NCBI GenBank assembly: GCA_963774855.1
Contig: CAVZGT010000014.1
Span: 508,892 to 572,891, forward strand
Source of the DNA: an uncultured Acidobacteriota bacterium
GTDB taxonomy: Bacteria; Acidobacteriota; Vicinamibacteria; Vicinamibacterales; 2-12-FULL-66-21
Direction of reading: 5' to 3'
Length of the DNA: 64,000 bases
The notes beneath the pieces are model-generated. The model did no database searches and was not told the DNA's origin. It worked only from the letters and a program-made list of their open reading frames with translations. The number at the start of each line of letters is the position of its first letter. Position 1 is the stretch's first letter. Positions 28,139 through 38,735 of this stretch are shown here, in pieces. The translations under genes and the position numbers were made by a program.

Positions 28139-29497
28139 TCAAACCGCCGGGGACACCGACGTCATCAGAAAGTCCTCGATGCGCACCGGCGGCACGAGCG
28201 CCGTGCCGGGGCCGTCGTACGATTCCCCGGTGTGGATCGGCACGGATCGACCAATCGCGGTGACGTTGTTGTAGCCGACAATCGGCGACATGTTCCAGCG
28301 GAAGTTCTGCACCGGGCCGGTGACTTCGCCGTTCTCGATCAGGAACAGCCCGTCGCGGGTCATGCCGGTGTTGAGGAGCGTCTGCTGGTCGACGCCGCGG
28401 ATGTACCAGAAGAACGTGACGATGAGGCCGCGGCGCGTGGACTTGATCATCTGGTCCATCGTCATGTCGGTCCCTTCCATCACGAGGTTCGAGTTGACCG
28501 GGGTGGCCGTGAGCGGCTTCTTCTGCCGGGCCGCCCACTGGCGATCGTACGAGAGGTTCTTCAGCACGCCCTTCTCGACCCAGGTCACCGGCCGGGCAGG
28601 CAGGCCGTCGACGCCGATCGGCGACTGCCTCAGTATGGGATTGCCGACGTCACTCTTGATCGTGATGGCGTCGCTGAACACCTTTTCGCCGAGCTTCGTC
28701 GTGCCCGTCTCCTTGCCGGTAAAGTACGTGCGCGCAAACGGTCCCTCGGCCGATCGCGCGTTGAAGAGGCCCGTCATCAACGACAGGAAGCGCGCGTTGG
28801 CGCGCGGCTCCAGGATGACGGTGTAGCGGCCAGGCTCCAGCGCGCGCGCCTTCCGGCTCTTCAGCGCCTTCTCGGACGCCGTCCGCGTGAGCTGCACCGC
28901 GTCAATCAGGCTGGTGTCCTTGACGCCGGTGATCCCGGCCCAGCCCGAGCCGGTCGCATCCGGCGTCCGGCACGTCAGGATGAAGCCGGCCTCCGCATAC
29001 TGGTAGTACGCGAACAACCCCTTCGAGTTCGCGTTGCACGTCGTCTGATGCGTCTTCGGGATGTAGCCGGAGCCGACGACGCCGAGCTTGTCGGCGAGGT
29101 CGATGCTCTGGCGCGCGAGTTTGGCCCGCTCGGCCGGGCCGAAGTTGACGCCGCTCGGCAGCGCCGCGTCGACCGCGATGTAGTCCTGCGGCCCTTCGGT
29201 GAGCGGCTGCTGGTCCGGATTCTCGCGGGCCTTCTCCGCGGCGCCCTGCGCCTCGTCCACGGTTCGCTGCAGCGACGCGTCGTCGAACTGCCGCGTCGAC
29301 GCCGAGCCGGATCGGGCGCCCTTGTAGACGGTCACGCTCACCTGACGATCGAACTGGACCATGTTGGCGGTGATCGTCGAGTTGGCGAAGCGTGTGGCGG
29401 ATCGCTCGCCGCCGGAAAAGTCCACTTCGACGGCGTCGGCCTTGGCCATGTTGATGAGCTTGTCGGTGACCGCTTTGACTTCGTCGCGTGAGTACAT
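28139..29497 (-). CDS. pmbA: PmbA/TldE family metalloprotease partner (no signal peptide)
   Basis: MYSRDEVKAVTDKLINMAKADAVEVDFSGGERSATRFANSTI...GLIVTFFWYIRGVDQQTLLNTGMTRDGLFLIENGEV. Intact, 452 aa. Confidence 0.85.
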   Translation of the reverse strand: MYSRDEVKAVTDKLINMAKADAVEVDFSGGERSATRFANSTITANMVQFDRQVSVTVYKGARSGSASTRQFDDASLQRTVDEAQGAAEKARENPDQQPLTEGPQDYIAVDAALPSGVNFGPAERAKLARQSIDLADKLGVVGSGYIPKTHQTTCNANSKGLFAYYQYAEAGFILTCRTPDATGSGWAGITGVKDTSLIDAVQLTRTASEKALKSRKARALEPGRYTVILEPRANARFLSLMTGLFNARSAEGPFARTYFTGKETGTTKLGEKVFSDAITIKSDVGNPILRQSPIGVDGLPARPVTWVEKGVLKNLSYDRQWAARQKKPLTATPVNSNLVMEGTDMTMDQMIKSTRRGLIVTFFWYIRGVDQQTLLNTGMTRDGLFLIENGEVTGPVQNFRWNMSPIVGYNNVTAIGRSVPIHTGESYDGPGTALVPPVRIEDFLMTSVSPAV

Positions 29498-29931
29498 ATT
29501 GGAGTGTCCGAACTGGCCCCTGCCGCGCCGAAGCTCCGTCAGTGTGTTCGGAGCGAAGGCGGGTCGAGGTGGGCAAAGGCTACTACGTCAGTCAGGTGAC
29601 AGCAAGCGAGCCGCGGCCCTTGGTACCTCGATTGCTGGGCATCGTACCAGGGTCCGGGTCGCCGGACCTGGACCCGGAGGGATCGATGGCCAAAGCAACT
29701 GCGGGGGGACGGCAGAGCTCGAACAAGTCGGGCGTGCGATCGCTTGGAAAGAAGATGGACAACACGCCGCTACGGCTTCCAGTCGCAGCCCGCATCGCAC
29801 CAGAAGCCCGGGGCGTTCGGACAGGAAAGTCGATCGACGGCCGGCCGGACGAAGGCGGGGACGAGCACGACACACGAGGGGAAGGCGGCGGCCCTGCGCC
29901 GCGTAAAAGTGCCCTAACCTTTATTACTCGC

Positions 29932-30150
29932 TTAGTTGGCGCACCCGCACCGGCCGGCGCCGCACGCCGGAGCGGCCGGCATGGCGCAGCCTTCACTGCG
30001 GCTCGAGGCCACGCCGACCATCCCGGGACTGGACAGGCGCTTCGCGAGATTCACGCCCCGGCACGCGGGACAGGCTGCGGGACGGTCTGCCGTCACGAAA
30101 GCTTCGAAGGGCTTCTCGCAGTCGCGGCACTCGTATTCGTAAAGCGGCAT
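29932..30150 (-). CDS. FmdB-family zinc-ribbon protein
   Basis: MPLYEYECRDCEKPFEAFV...CPACRG (CxxC...CxxC) with a Cys/Gly tail. Confidence 0.75.
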   Translation of the reverse strand: MPLYEYECRDCEKPFEAFVTADRPAACPACRGVNLAKRLSSPGMVGVASSRSEGCAMPAAPACGAGRCGCAN

Positions 30151-30189
30151 ACCCACATTCTATCAAGGTCGCGCTAAAATCTCCGCTTG

Positions 30190-30236
30190 CCAACCGTAGC
30201 TCGCGCTCTGCGATAGCGCAAGCGAGCGAAGGTTGG
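30190..30236. other. three-tier perfect-stem hairpin in divergent promoter region
   Basis: The sequence is CCAACC gta GCTCGCGCT ctgcgat AGCGC aa GCGAGC gaa GGTTGG. Confidence 0.4.
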
Positions 30237-30266
30237 TTCTCCAGGCCGAGGAGAGGGAGCAGAACG

Positions 30267-30956
30267 ATGATCACGCGCGCGATCGCGATACTGACGCTTG
30301 CGTTGCTGGCGGCCCCGGCGGCGCGGGCGCAGGAGCAGAAGCTCACGACGTACTACCTCGTCGTGCTGCTCAAGGGGAAGGCCTGGACCGCGCAGGAATC
30401 GCCGGAGCGGACCAAGCTCCAGGAACAGCACATCGCGCACCTCACGAAGCTCGGCGACGAGGGCGCCGGGCTGGCGGCGGGCCCGTTCGGCGACGGCGGC
30501 GACATCCGCGGACTCCTCATCGTCGCCGCGAAGTCAGAACAGCACGCGCGCGAGCTCGAGGCCGCCGATCCGGCGGTGAAGGCCGGGCGGCTGGCGATCG
30601 ACGTGCTGCCGTTCATGGCCCCCGAAGGATGGTTCCACAAACCCGCGACCCCCTTCGCGATGGAGACGGTGTACTTCGTGTTCCTGAACGGCGGCCCCAA
30701 CCGCGCGCCGGATCCGGAGAGCGCGAAGCGCCTGCAGTCCGAGCACCTCGCCTACATGGACGCCCAGCACAAAGCCGGCCGCCTGATTCTCGCCGGCCCG
30801 TTCGTCGGCGGCGGGAGCCGCGCCGGCCTCGTGGTGTATCGCGCCGCCTCCGCCGACGAGGCGCGAGGTTGGGCGGCCGCCGACCCGATGGTGAAATTCG
30901 GCCGCCTCGAGGCCGAGATCCACGAGTGGTATCTCGCGAAGGGCGTGCTCAAATAA
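30267..30956 (+). CDS. tandem YciI-like (YCII) domain protein with signal peptide
   Basis: MITRAIAILTLALLAAPAARAQ, then two YCII units (HIAHLTKLGDEGAGLAAGPFGDGGDIRGLLIV...DPAVKAGRL and HLAYMDAQHKAGRLILAGPFVGGGSRAGLVVY...DPMVKFGRL). Confidence 0.75.
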   Translation: MITRAIAILTLALLAAPAARAQEQKLTTYYLVVLLKGKAWTAQESPERTKLQEQHIAHLTKLGDEGAGLAAGPFGDGGDIRGLLIVAAKSEQHARELEAADPAVKAGRLAIDVLPFMAPEGWFHKPATPFAMETVYFVFLNGGPNRAPDPESAKRLQSEHLAYMDAQHKAGRLILAGPFVGGGSRAGLVVYRAASADEARGWAAADPMVKFGRLEAEIHEWYLAKGVLK

Positions 30957-31024
30957 TCCCTAATCGCTAATCCCTGATCCCGCATCCCGCATCCCGAATC
31001 CCGAATCCCGAGTCCCGAGTCCCG
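30955..31024. repeat. perfectly phased 10 x 7-nt array (AATCCCT to AGTCCCG gradient)
   Basis: The units are AATCCCT AATCGCT AATCCCT GATCCCG CATCCCG CATCCCG AATCCCG AATCCCG AGTCCCG AGTCCCG. The array starts inside the TAA stop of the YciI-like gene. Confidence 0.9.
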
Positions 31025-31040
31025 GCCCTGCCAACCGTTC

Positions 31041-31077
31041 TTGACATGCGTCCGTCATACATGTTGCAATCATACAT
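31041..31077 (+). promoter_or_regulatory. candidate sigma70-type promoter and PadR operator; possibly leaderless padR mRNA
   Basis: TTGACA at 31041-31046, then an 18-nt spacer and TGCAAT at 31065-31070. ATG 31078 follows 7 nt later with no SD. ATGT-N9-ACAT (31061-31077) and a direct repeat TCATACAT at 31055 and 31070. Confidence 0.35.
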
Positions 31078-31422
31078 ATGGCGAACGATCCTGTCAGAGC
31101 GGATGTCAAGAAGGGGAGTGCCGAGGTCCTCGTCCTCGCGCTCGTGGAGGACCGCGCCCGCCACGGCTACGAGATCGCAAAGCTCATCGAGGAGCGGTCC
31201 GGCGGGGTCCTGAAGTTTCACATCGCCTCGCTCTACCCGATGCTCTACCGCCTGGAGCGCCGCGGCCTGATCGTGGGGCGATGGGTCGAAAAGGCCGGGC
31301 AGCGCCGCCGCCGCTTCTATCGCATCACCGCCGAAGGGCGACGCCAGCTGGCCAGCCACCGGACGCGGTGGGAAGAGTTCATCCTCGCGCTCACCCGCGT
31401 GGCAGGGATCCGTCATGCCTGA
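31078..31422 (+). CDS. PadR family transcriptional regulator (acidobacterial type)
   Basis: KKGSAEVLVLALVEDRARHGYEIAKLIEERSGGVLKFHIASLYPMLYRLERRGLIVGRWVEKAGQRRRRFYRITAEG, a winged-helix PadR signature. Confidence 0.9.
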   Translation: MANDPVRADVKKGSAEVLVLALVEDRARHGYEIAKLIEERSGGVLKFHIASLYPMLYRLERRGLIVGRWVEKAGQRRRRFYRITAEGRRQLASHRTRWEEFILALTRVAGIRHA

Positions 31423-34120
31423 TGAAACCGCTCGACGCCCGGCGCATTTCTGGCGGACGCTGGTGCGCTCCCGCCTCGCGACGCGACCGTGGACGCCGAC
31501 GTCATCGAGGAAGTCGCGCAGCACGCCGAGGACGTGTACCGATCCTCGCGCGCGGCGGGACAGGACGACGAGGCGTCGCTGAGAGCCGTCGAGGCCGAGC
31601 TGGCAGATGTCCCGGCCTCGATCCGGGCGGCCCACGCGACCCGCCGCCGCCGCATTGTCCCGTGTCTGCCGGAACCCGCGGCCGGGCGGTTGCGCCTCCT
31701 TTCAGCCTTCGGCCGCGATCTGGCCCATGGGGTCCGGCTGCTGGCCGCGCGTCCCGCCTTCACGGCAGTCGCCGTCCTCACGCTCGCGCTCGGCATCGGC
31801 GCCAACACGGCCATCTTCAGCGTCGTCCACTCGATGCTGCTCGCGCCGTTGCCGTTTCCAGAACCCGGCCGCCTCGTGATGCTGTGGGAAACGGATGCCG
31901 ACGACGAGGCCGCGCGCTTCATTGTCGCGGCACCGAATTTTCAGGACTGGTCCGCGCAGAGCACGTCGTTCGCGCACACCGCCATCTGGGAGGATCTGCG
32001 CTTCAACATCGCGGGGGGCGCCGACCCGGAGCAGGTCCTGGGGCTGCGGGTCTCGTCCACGGTCTTCCCGATGCTCGGCGTGGCTCCGCAGCTCGGACGC
32101 ACCTTCACGGCGGAAGAGGATGCGCCGGGTCATTTCGTGGCCGTCATCAGCGACGCGTTGTGGCGCCGCCGATTCGGTGCGCGCCAGGACGTCATCGGCC
32201 AGATGACAAGGCTCAACGGCCAGCCGTACGAGATCATCGGCGTCATGCCGCCGTCGTTCGCGTTCGTGCAACAGGCCCATGCCGTCTGGGTGCCGATCGC
32301 CTTCACGGAGCAGGATGGGGCGCGCGGTGCGCACTCGTTCTACGCCGCGGCGCGCCTCGAGCCGGGCGTCGCGTTCGAGACGGCCAGATCTGAAATGCGG
32401 ACGATCGGCAGCCGTCTCGAGAAACAGTACCGAGTGGAACAAGGGAGAGGGCGCGACGATCACGCCCATGATCGATCTCGGCGTCACGCAGGTCCGGGGG
32501 ACCCTGTATGCGCTCGCCGGCGCCGTCGGACTGGTCCTGCTCATTGCGTGCGTGAACGTGGCGAACCTGCTCCTCGCGCAGGCCGTCGCGAGGCACCGCG
32601 AATTCGCCATTCGGGCGGCGCTCGGCGCGGGCCGTGGGCGGCTCGCGGCGCAAATGCTCGCGGAGGGCCTTCTGATCGCCGGGCTCGGGGGAATGGCCGG
32701 CGTCGCCCTCGCATGGGCCGGCACGGCCGCGCTTGCCGGGACGCTCCCCGCGAGCATTCGTCTCGCGCCGTTCCGTGAGGCTCGCACCGCGCCGCTGGAT
32801 CCGGCGGTCCTGGCGTTCACCTTCGGCCTCGCCGCGGTCACCGGCATCCTGTTCAGCCTGGCGCCCATGCTCGGCGCGCGCGGACACGCGGGCGCGGCGC
32901 TGAAAGCCTCCGGGGACCGCGGCGCCACCGCGCGCTTCACCGTCCTGCGAAACGCGCTGGTCGCGACCGAAGTCGCCCTCGCGGTGATCGTGCTCGCCGC
33001 TGCCGGCCTCATGATCAAGAGCGTCGCGAGGCTGAACGGCGTCAATCCCGGCCTGACGCCGCACTACGTGCTCACGATGGGGATCGCGCTGCCCCAGACC
33101 GACACGTACGGACCGCCGGTCCGGACGACGTTCTGCGACGACGTGCAGCGCGAGGTCGGAGCGCTGCCGGGCGTGACCTCGGTCGCGGCTATCAGTCACC
33201 TGCCGCTCAGCGGCGCGAACGCCGGCCGCGGCTTCACGATCGAAGGCCGCGCCGCGGCCTCCGCGACCGACTTGCCGAGCGCCTCGTACCGCCTGACTTG
33301 TCCCGGGTACTTCAAGACCCTGGGTATTCCGATCGTCAAGGGAAGGGATTTCACTCCCGCCGATTCCATCACGGCCGCGGGCGCCGTCATCATCAACGAA
33401 ACGGCGGCGTCGCGCTACTGGCCGAATCAGGATCCCGTCGGTCAGCGGCTGAAGATCGGGCCGCCCGCTTCCGAGAACCCGTGGATGACCGTCGTGGGGG
33501 TGACGAAGGACGTGCGCCACTTCGGGCTCGACGCCGACGCGCGCCGCGAGATGTTCAGGCCCTACAGCCAGGCGGCCTGGCCCACGATGACGATTACCGT
33601 GAAGACCGCGATCGAACCTCTGGCGATCGCCGGCAGCGTCCGGTCGGCGCTGGCGCGCATCGATCCGGATCAGCCGGTGTCGCGCATCAGGACCATGGAC
33701 CAGGTGATTGAAGAGTCCGTGGGGTCGCGGCGATTCCCGATGCTGCTGCTCGCGTTGTTCTCCACCGTCGCGCTGGTGCTTGCCGCGATCGGCGTCTACG
33801 GCGTCGTCAGCTACGTCGTCTCGCAGCGGACGCGCGAGATCGGGATCCGGATGGCGCTCGGCGCCCGTGCCGGGGAGGTGATTCGGCTCGTGCTGCAGCG
33901 ATCGCTCGTGCCGATTGGCGCCGGGATCGTCGCGGGCGTGGCCGGATCGCTGGCGGCGTCGCGGCTGCTGACGGCGCTGCTCTATCGCGTCGAGCCCGGC
34001 GACCCCGTCGTGCTCGGCGCGATTGTCATGCTGCTCGGCGCCAGCGCCGTCGCCGCGTGCCTGATTCCGGCGCGCCGCGCGGCGTCAGTGGATCCACTCG
34101 TGGTGCTGAGGGACGAGTAG
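31415..34120 (+). CDS. ADOP-type duplicated FtsX/MacB-like permease, at least one frame break
   Basis: The ATG overlaps the padR stop. [28 protein letters not shown]; two FtsX modules ([31 protein letters not shown]... and [18 protein letters not shown]...[18 protein letters not shown]). Frame change at 32431 (LEKQY|EWNKGEG). The N-terminus (31415 versus GTG 31489) is uncertain. Confidence 0.8.
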
Positions 34121-34172
34121 ACGAGGACGATCTTGGATCTAGAACCACGAACCATTCGATCGCCGAACGTCT

Positions 34173-34745
34173 TCAACTCTTCGCCACCGCCACGGATGCC
34201 GGCCGCAGCACGTCGTCACCGATCGTGTAGCCGTGCCGCACGACGCCCACGACCCGGCCGTCCTGATCCGGCGAGGCGGCGGGGACGGTGCTGATCGCTT
34301 CGTGGACGAGCGGATCGAATGCGACGTCCGCGGTTTCGATTCGCTTCACGCCGAGTCCTTCGAGCTTCGAGAGAAACTGACGCCGCACCAGCTCGACCCC
34401 CTGCAGCAGGGCCTCGGGCGAGGTCGCCTGCCTGGCCGACTCGATGGCGCGATCGAGATTGTCCACGACGTCGAGCAGGTCCGCGAGAATCTCCCGGCGG
34501 CCGCGTTCGATGTCCTTCGAAATCTCGCGCCGCAGCCGCAGCCGCGACTCTTCGAACTCGCCCGCGGCCTGCCGGTACTTGGCGATGTACTCCGTCGCGA
34601 TCCGATCCTTTTCGGCCAGCTGCCGTTCGAGCTCTTCCACGTAGGTCGGCTTCGACGAGCTGGCCGGGGCCTCGCCGTCGTCGCCGCGCGCCCACCAGCG
34701 GCGGTCCACTACCTTCACCGGTATCTCGTGCTCTTTGTCGGTCAT
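34173..34745 (-). CDS. grpE: nucleotide exchange factor GrpE
   Basis: Coiled-coil N-terminus, RREISKDIERGRREILADLLDVVDNLDRA, and a C-terminal beta domain FDPLVHEAIS...GYTIGDDVLRPASVAV. Confidence 0.9.
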   Translation of the reverse strand: MTDKEHEIPVKVVDRRWWARGDDGEAPASSSKPTYVEELERQLAEKDRIATEYIAKYRQAAGEFEESRLRLRREISKDIERGRREILADLLDVVDNLDRAIESARQATSPEALLQGVELVRRQFLSKLEGLGVKRIETADVAFDPLVHEAISTVPAASPDQDGRVVGVVRHGYTIGDDVLRPASVAVAKS

Positions 34746-34792
34746 TTGATGTGTCTTTTATGAAATCTGTGCGCGCTCGGGGCGCGCCGGGT

Positions 34793-37162
<2,370 letters not shown>

Positions 37163-37164
37163 CC

Positions 37165-37267
37165 TGGAACCCTTAGAACCTGGCGGAACCCTGACGAACC
37201 AAATCACCCGCGAACTGTAGAACCCAGCGGAACCCTGTGGAACCCCGCGGAACCCCGTGGAACCCTT
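37165..37267. repeat. unidirectional GGAACCC word array filling the clpS-clpA spacer
   Basis: The words run CTGGAACCC TTAGAACC TGGCGGAACCC TGACGAACC ... TGTAGAACCC AGCGGAACCC TGTGGAACCCC GCGGAACCCC GTGGAACCC. There is no complementary arm. Confidence 0.8.
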
Positions 37268-37581
37268 TATTCGGGCTCCATCGCCGCCCGCAGCGGGAAC
37301 CCGTTCTCCCTCGCGCGTTCCATGACGGCATCGACTTTCGTCTCCGCCACTTCGTGCGTATAGACCCCGCAGAGGCCCTTGCCCTGCGTGTGGACCGCCA
37401 TCATGATGCGGAAGGCCTCTTCCGTCTGCTTGTGGAAGATCGACTCGAGCACCTCCACGACGAAGTCCATGGTCGTGTAGTCGTCGTTCAGCAGGAGGAC
37501 CTTGTACAGATCCGGTTTCTTCGTCTCCTGCTTTGACCGCTCGAGAATTTCACCGTCCGTTTGACGGTCGCTGCCGGCCAT
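37267..37581 (-). CDS. clpS: ATP-dependent Clp protease adaptor ClpS
   Basis: [31 protein letters not shown]...[32 protein letters not shown] lies 5 nt upstream of ATG 37581. The ORF is open to 37593. Confidence 0.9.
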   Translation of the reverse strand: MAGSDRQTDGEILERSKQETKKPDLYKVLLLNDDYTTMDFVVEVLESIFHKQTEEAFRIMMAVHTQGKGLCGVYTHEVAETKVDAVMERARENGFPLRAAMEPE

Positions 37582-37680
37582 GGCTATCCTCATGATTCTA
37601 ACAGCTTGGATGGGTTCCGACTAAGGGCGCCCACGGGCTCGACGCGGAGACTGCACAGCGGACTCATCCGGCCGACATTC

Positions 37681-38684
37681 ATGTCCACACTTGCGTCAGG
37701 GATCGACTACGTCGACCTCAACTTTCTTGGAAATGCCGAGATCATCGCGACCGCCGTCCTGCAGGGCGCGGGCGGGGTGGCGCTCATCGACCCGGGGCCG
37801 TCGACCACGCTCGACACCTTGCGAGCCGCGCTCCGGCGCAAGGGAATCGGCATCGCCGACGTCCGCCAGCTGCTCCTGACCCACATCCATCTCGACCACG
37901 CGGGCGTCACCGGGACGCTCGTGCGTGAGAACCCGGCGATCGAGGTGTTCGTGCACGAGCGCGGCGCGCCGCACATGGTCGATCCCTCGAAGCTGCTCGC
38001 GAGCGCCGGCCGGCTCTATGGCCAGGACATGGAGCCCTTCTGGGGAGAGTTCCTGGCCGTCCCGGCCGATCGGGTGCGCGTGCTCAAAGGCGAGGAGCGC
38101 ATCATGGCCGGCGGCCGCGGAGCTGCAGGTGACGTATACGCCCGGCCACGCCTCCCATCACGTCAGCTACTTCGACCCGTCGAGCCGCATCGCGTTCGTC
38201 GGCGACACGGCCGGGATCCGCCGCGGCGCGAGTCAGCTACATTATGCCGCCCACGCCGCCGCCGGACATCGACCTCGAGGCGTGGCGGACGAGCGCCGAT
38301 CGAATCCTCGCCTGGGATCCGGACACGCTGTTCCTCACGCACTTTGGCCCCTTCCACGGCGCCCGCCTGCACTTCCAGGAGCTGATGGATCGGCTCGACG
38401 CGTGGAGCCGGAGCGCACGGCGGCTGCTCGGCGACCAGACACTGGACGACTCCCAACGCGAGCGCGCGTTCGTCGAGGAGGCGCTGCTCGAGCTCAGACG
38501 CAAGATCGGGGAACAGAACGCGGAGCGATACAACCGCGCCGGCCGGCTCGACTATTCGTGGCAGGGACTCGCACGGTCCTGGAAGAGACGTGCGAATCCC
38601 AATCCTAATCCACTAATCCCTAACCCTAATCCTCAATCCGTGAATCGAGGGCTCGGATTCAGCGATTCAAGGATTCGTGATTAG
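37681..38684 (+). CDS. MBL-fold metallo-hydrolase, two frame breaks; C-terminal tail read from a repeat
   Basis: LLLTHIHLDHAGVTG (HxHxDH), TYTPGHASHHVSY and PPTPPPDIDLEAW. Frame changes at about 38118 and 38220. The last ~30 codons (NPNPNPLIPNPNPQSV...) are the AATCC repeat. Confidence 0.75.
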
Positions 38685-38692
38685 GGATTCTC
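38592..38692. repeat. word-repeat hairpin (AATCC / GGATT family)
   Basis: GCGAATCCCAATCCTAATCCACTAATCCCTAACCCTAATCCTCAATCCGTGAATCGAGG faces CTCGGATTCAGCGATTCAAGGATTCGTGATTAGGGATTCTC. Confidence 0.7.
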
Positions 38693-38735
38693 CCTTGGCA
38701 CGCCGCTGGTATAGATCCGACCAGGAGCGTGTGCG

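Noticed and set aside
29498-29931. A 434-nt gene-free spacer between pmbA and the FmdB-like gene. It contains a GGAGGG-ATG small ORF (29686, MAKATAGGRQSSNKSG...) and local hairpins such as GGTCCGG-GTCG-CCGGACC.
   Set aside because: The ORF has weak codon bias and no natural stop before it runs antisense through the next gene. I could not match the region to RNase P, tmRNA, SRP or 6S signatures by eye. It is left unannotated and would need an Rfam scan or RNA-seq.
30955-31024. Whether the tandem arrays could be CRISPR arrays. This also applies to 46291-46413 and the other word arrays.
   Set aside because: The period is 7-8 nt (25-29 nt at 46291) with no unique spacers between units. There are no cas genes in the window, and the units degenerate gradually rather than being identical repeats.
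8842-32431. Programmed ribosomal frameshifting or transcriptional slippage at GGTACTG.
   Set aside because: The affected genes (cheA, tldD twice, an ADOP permease, an HD-GYP regulator) are unrelated. No slippery heptamer or downstream stimulatory structure is evident. Three in-frame copies exist, and about 30 other breaks lack the motif. A motif-linked consensus error is more parsimonious.
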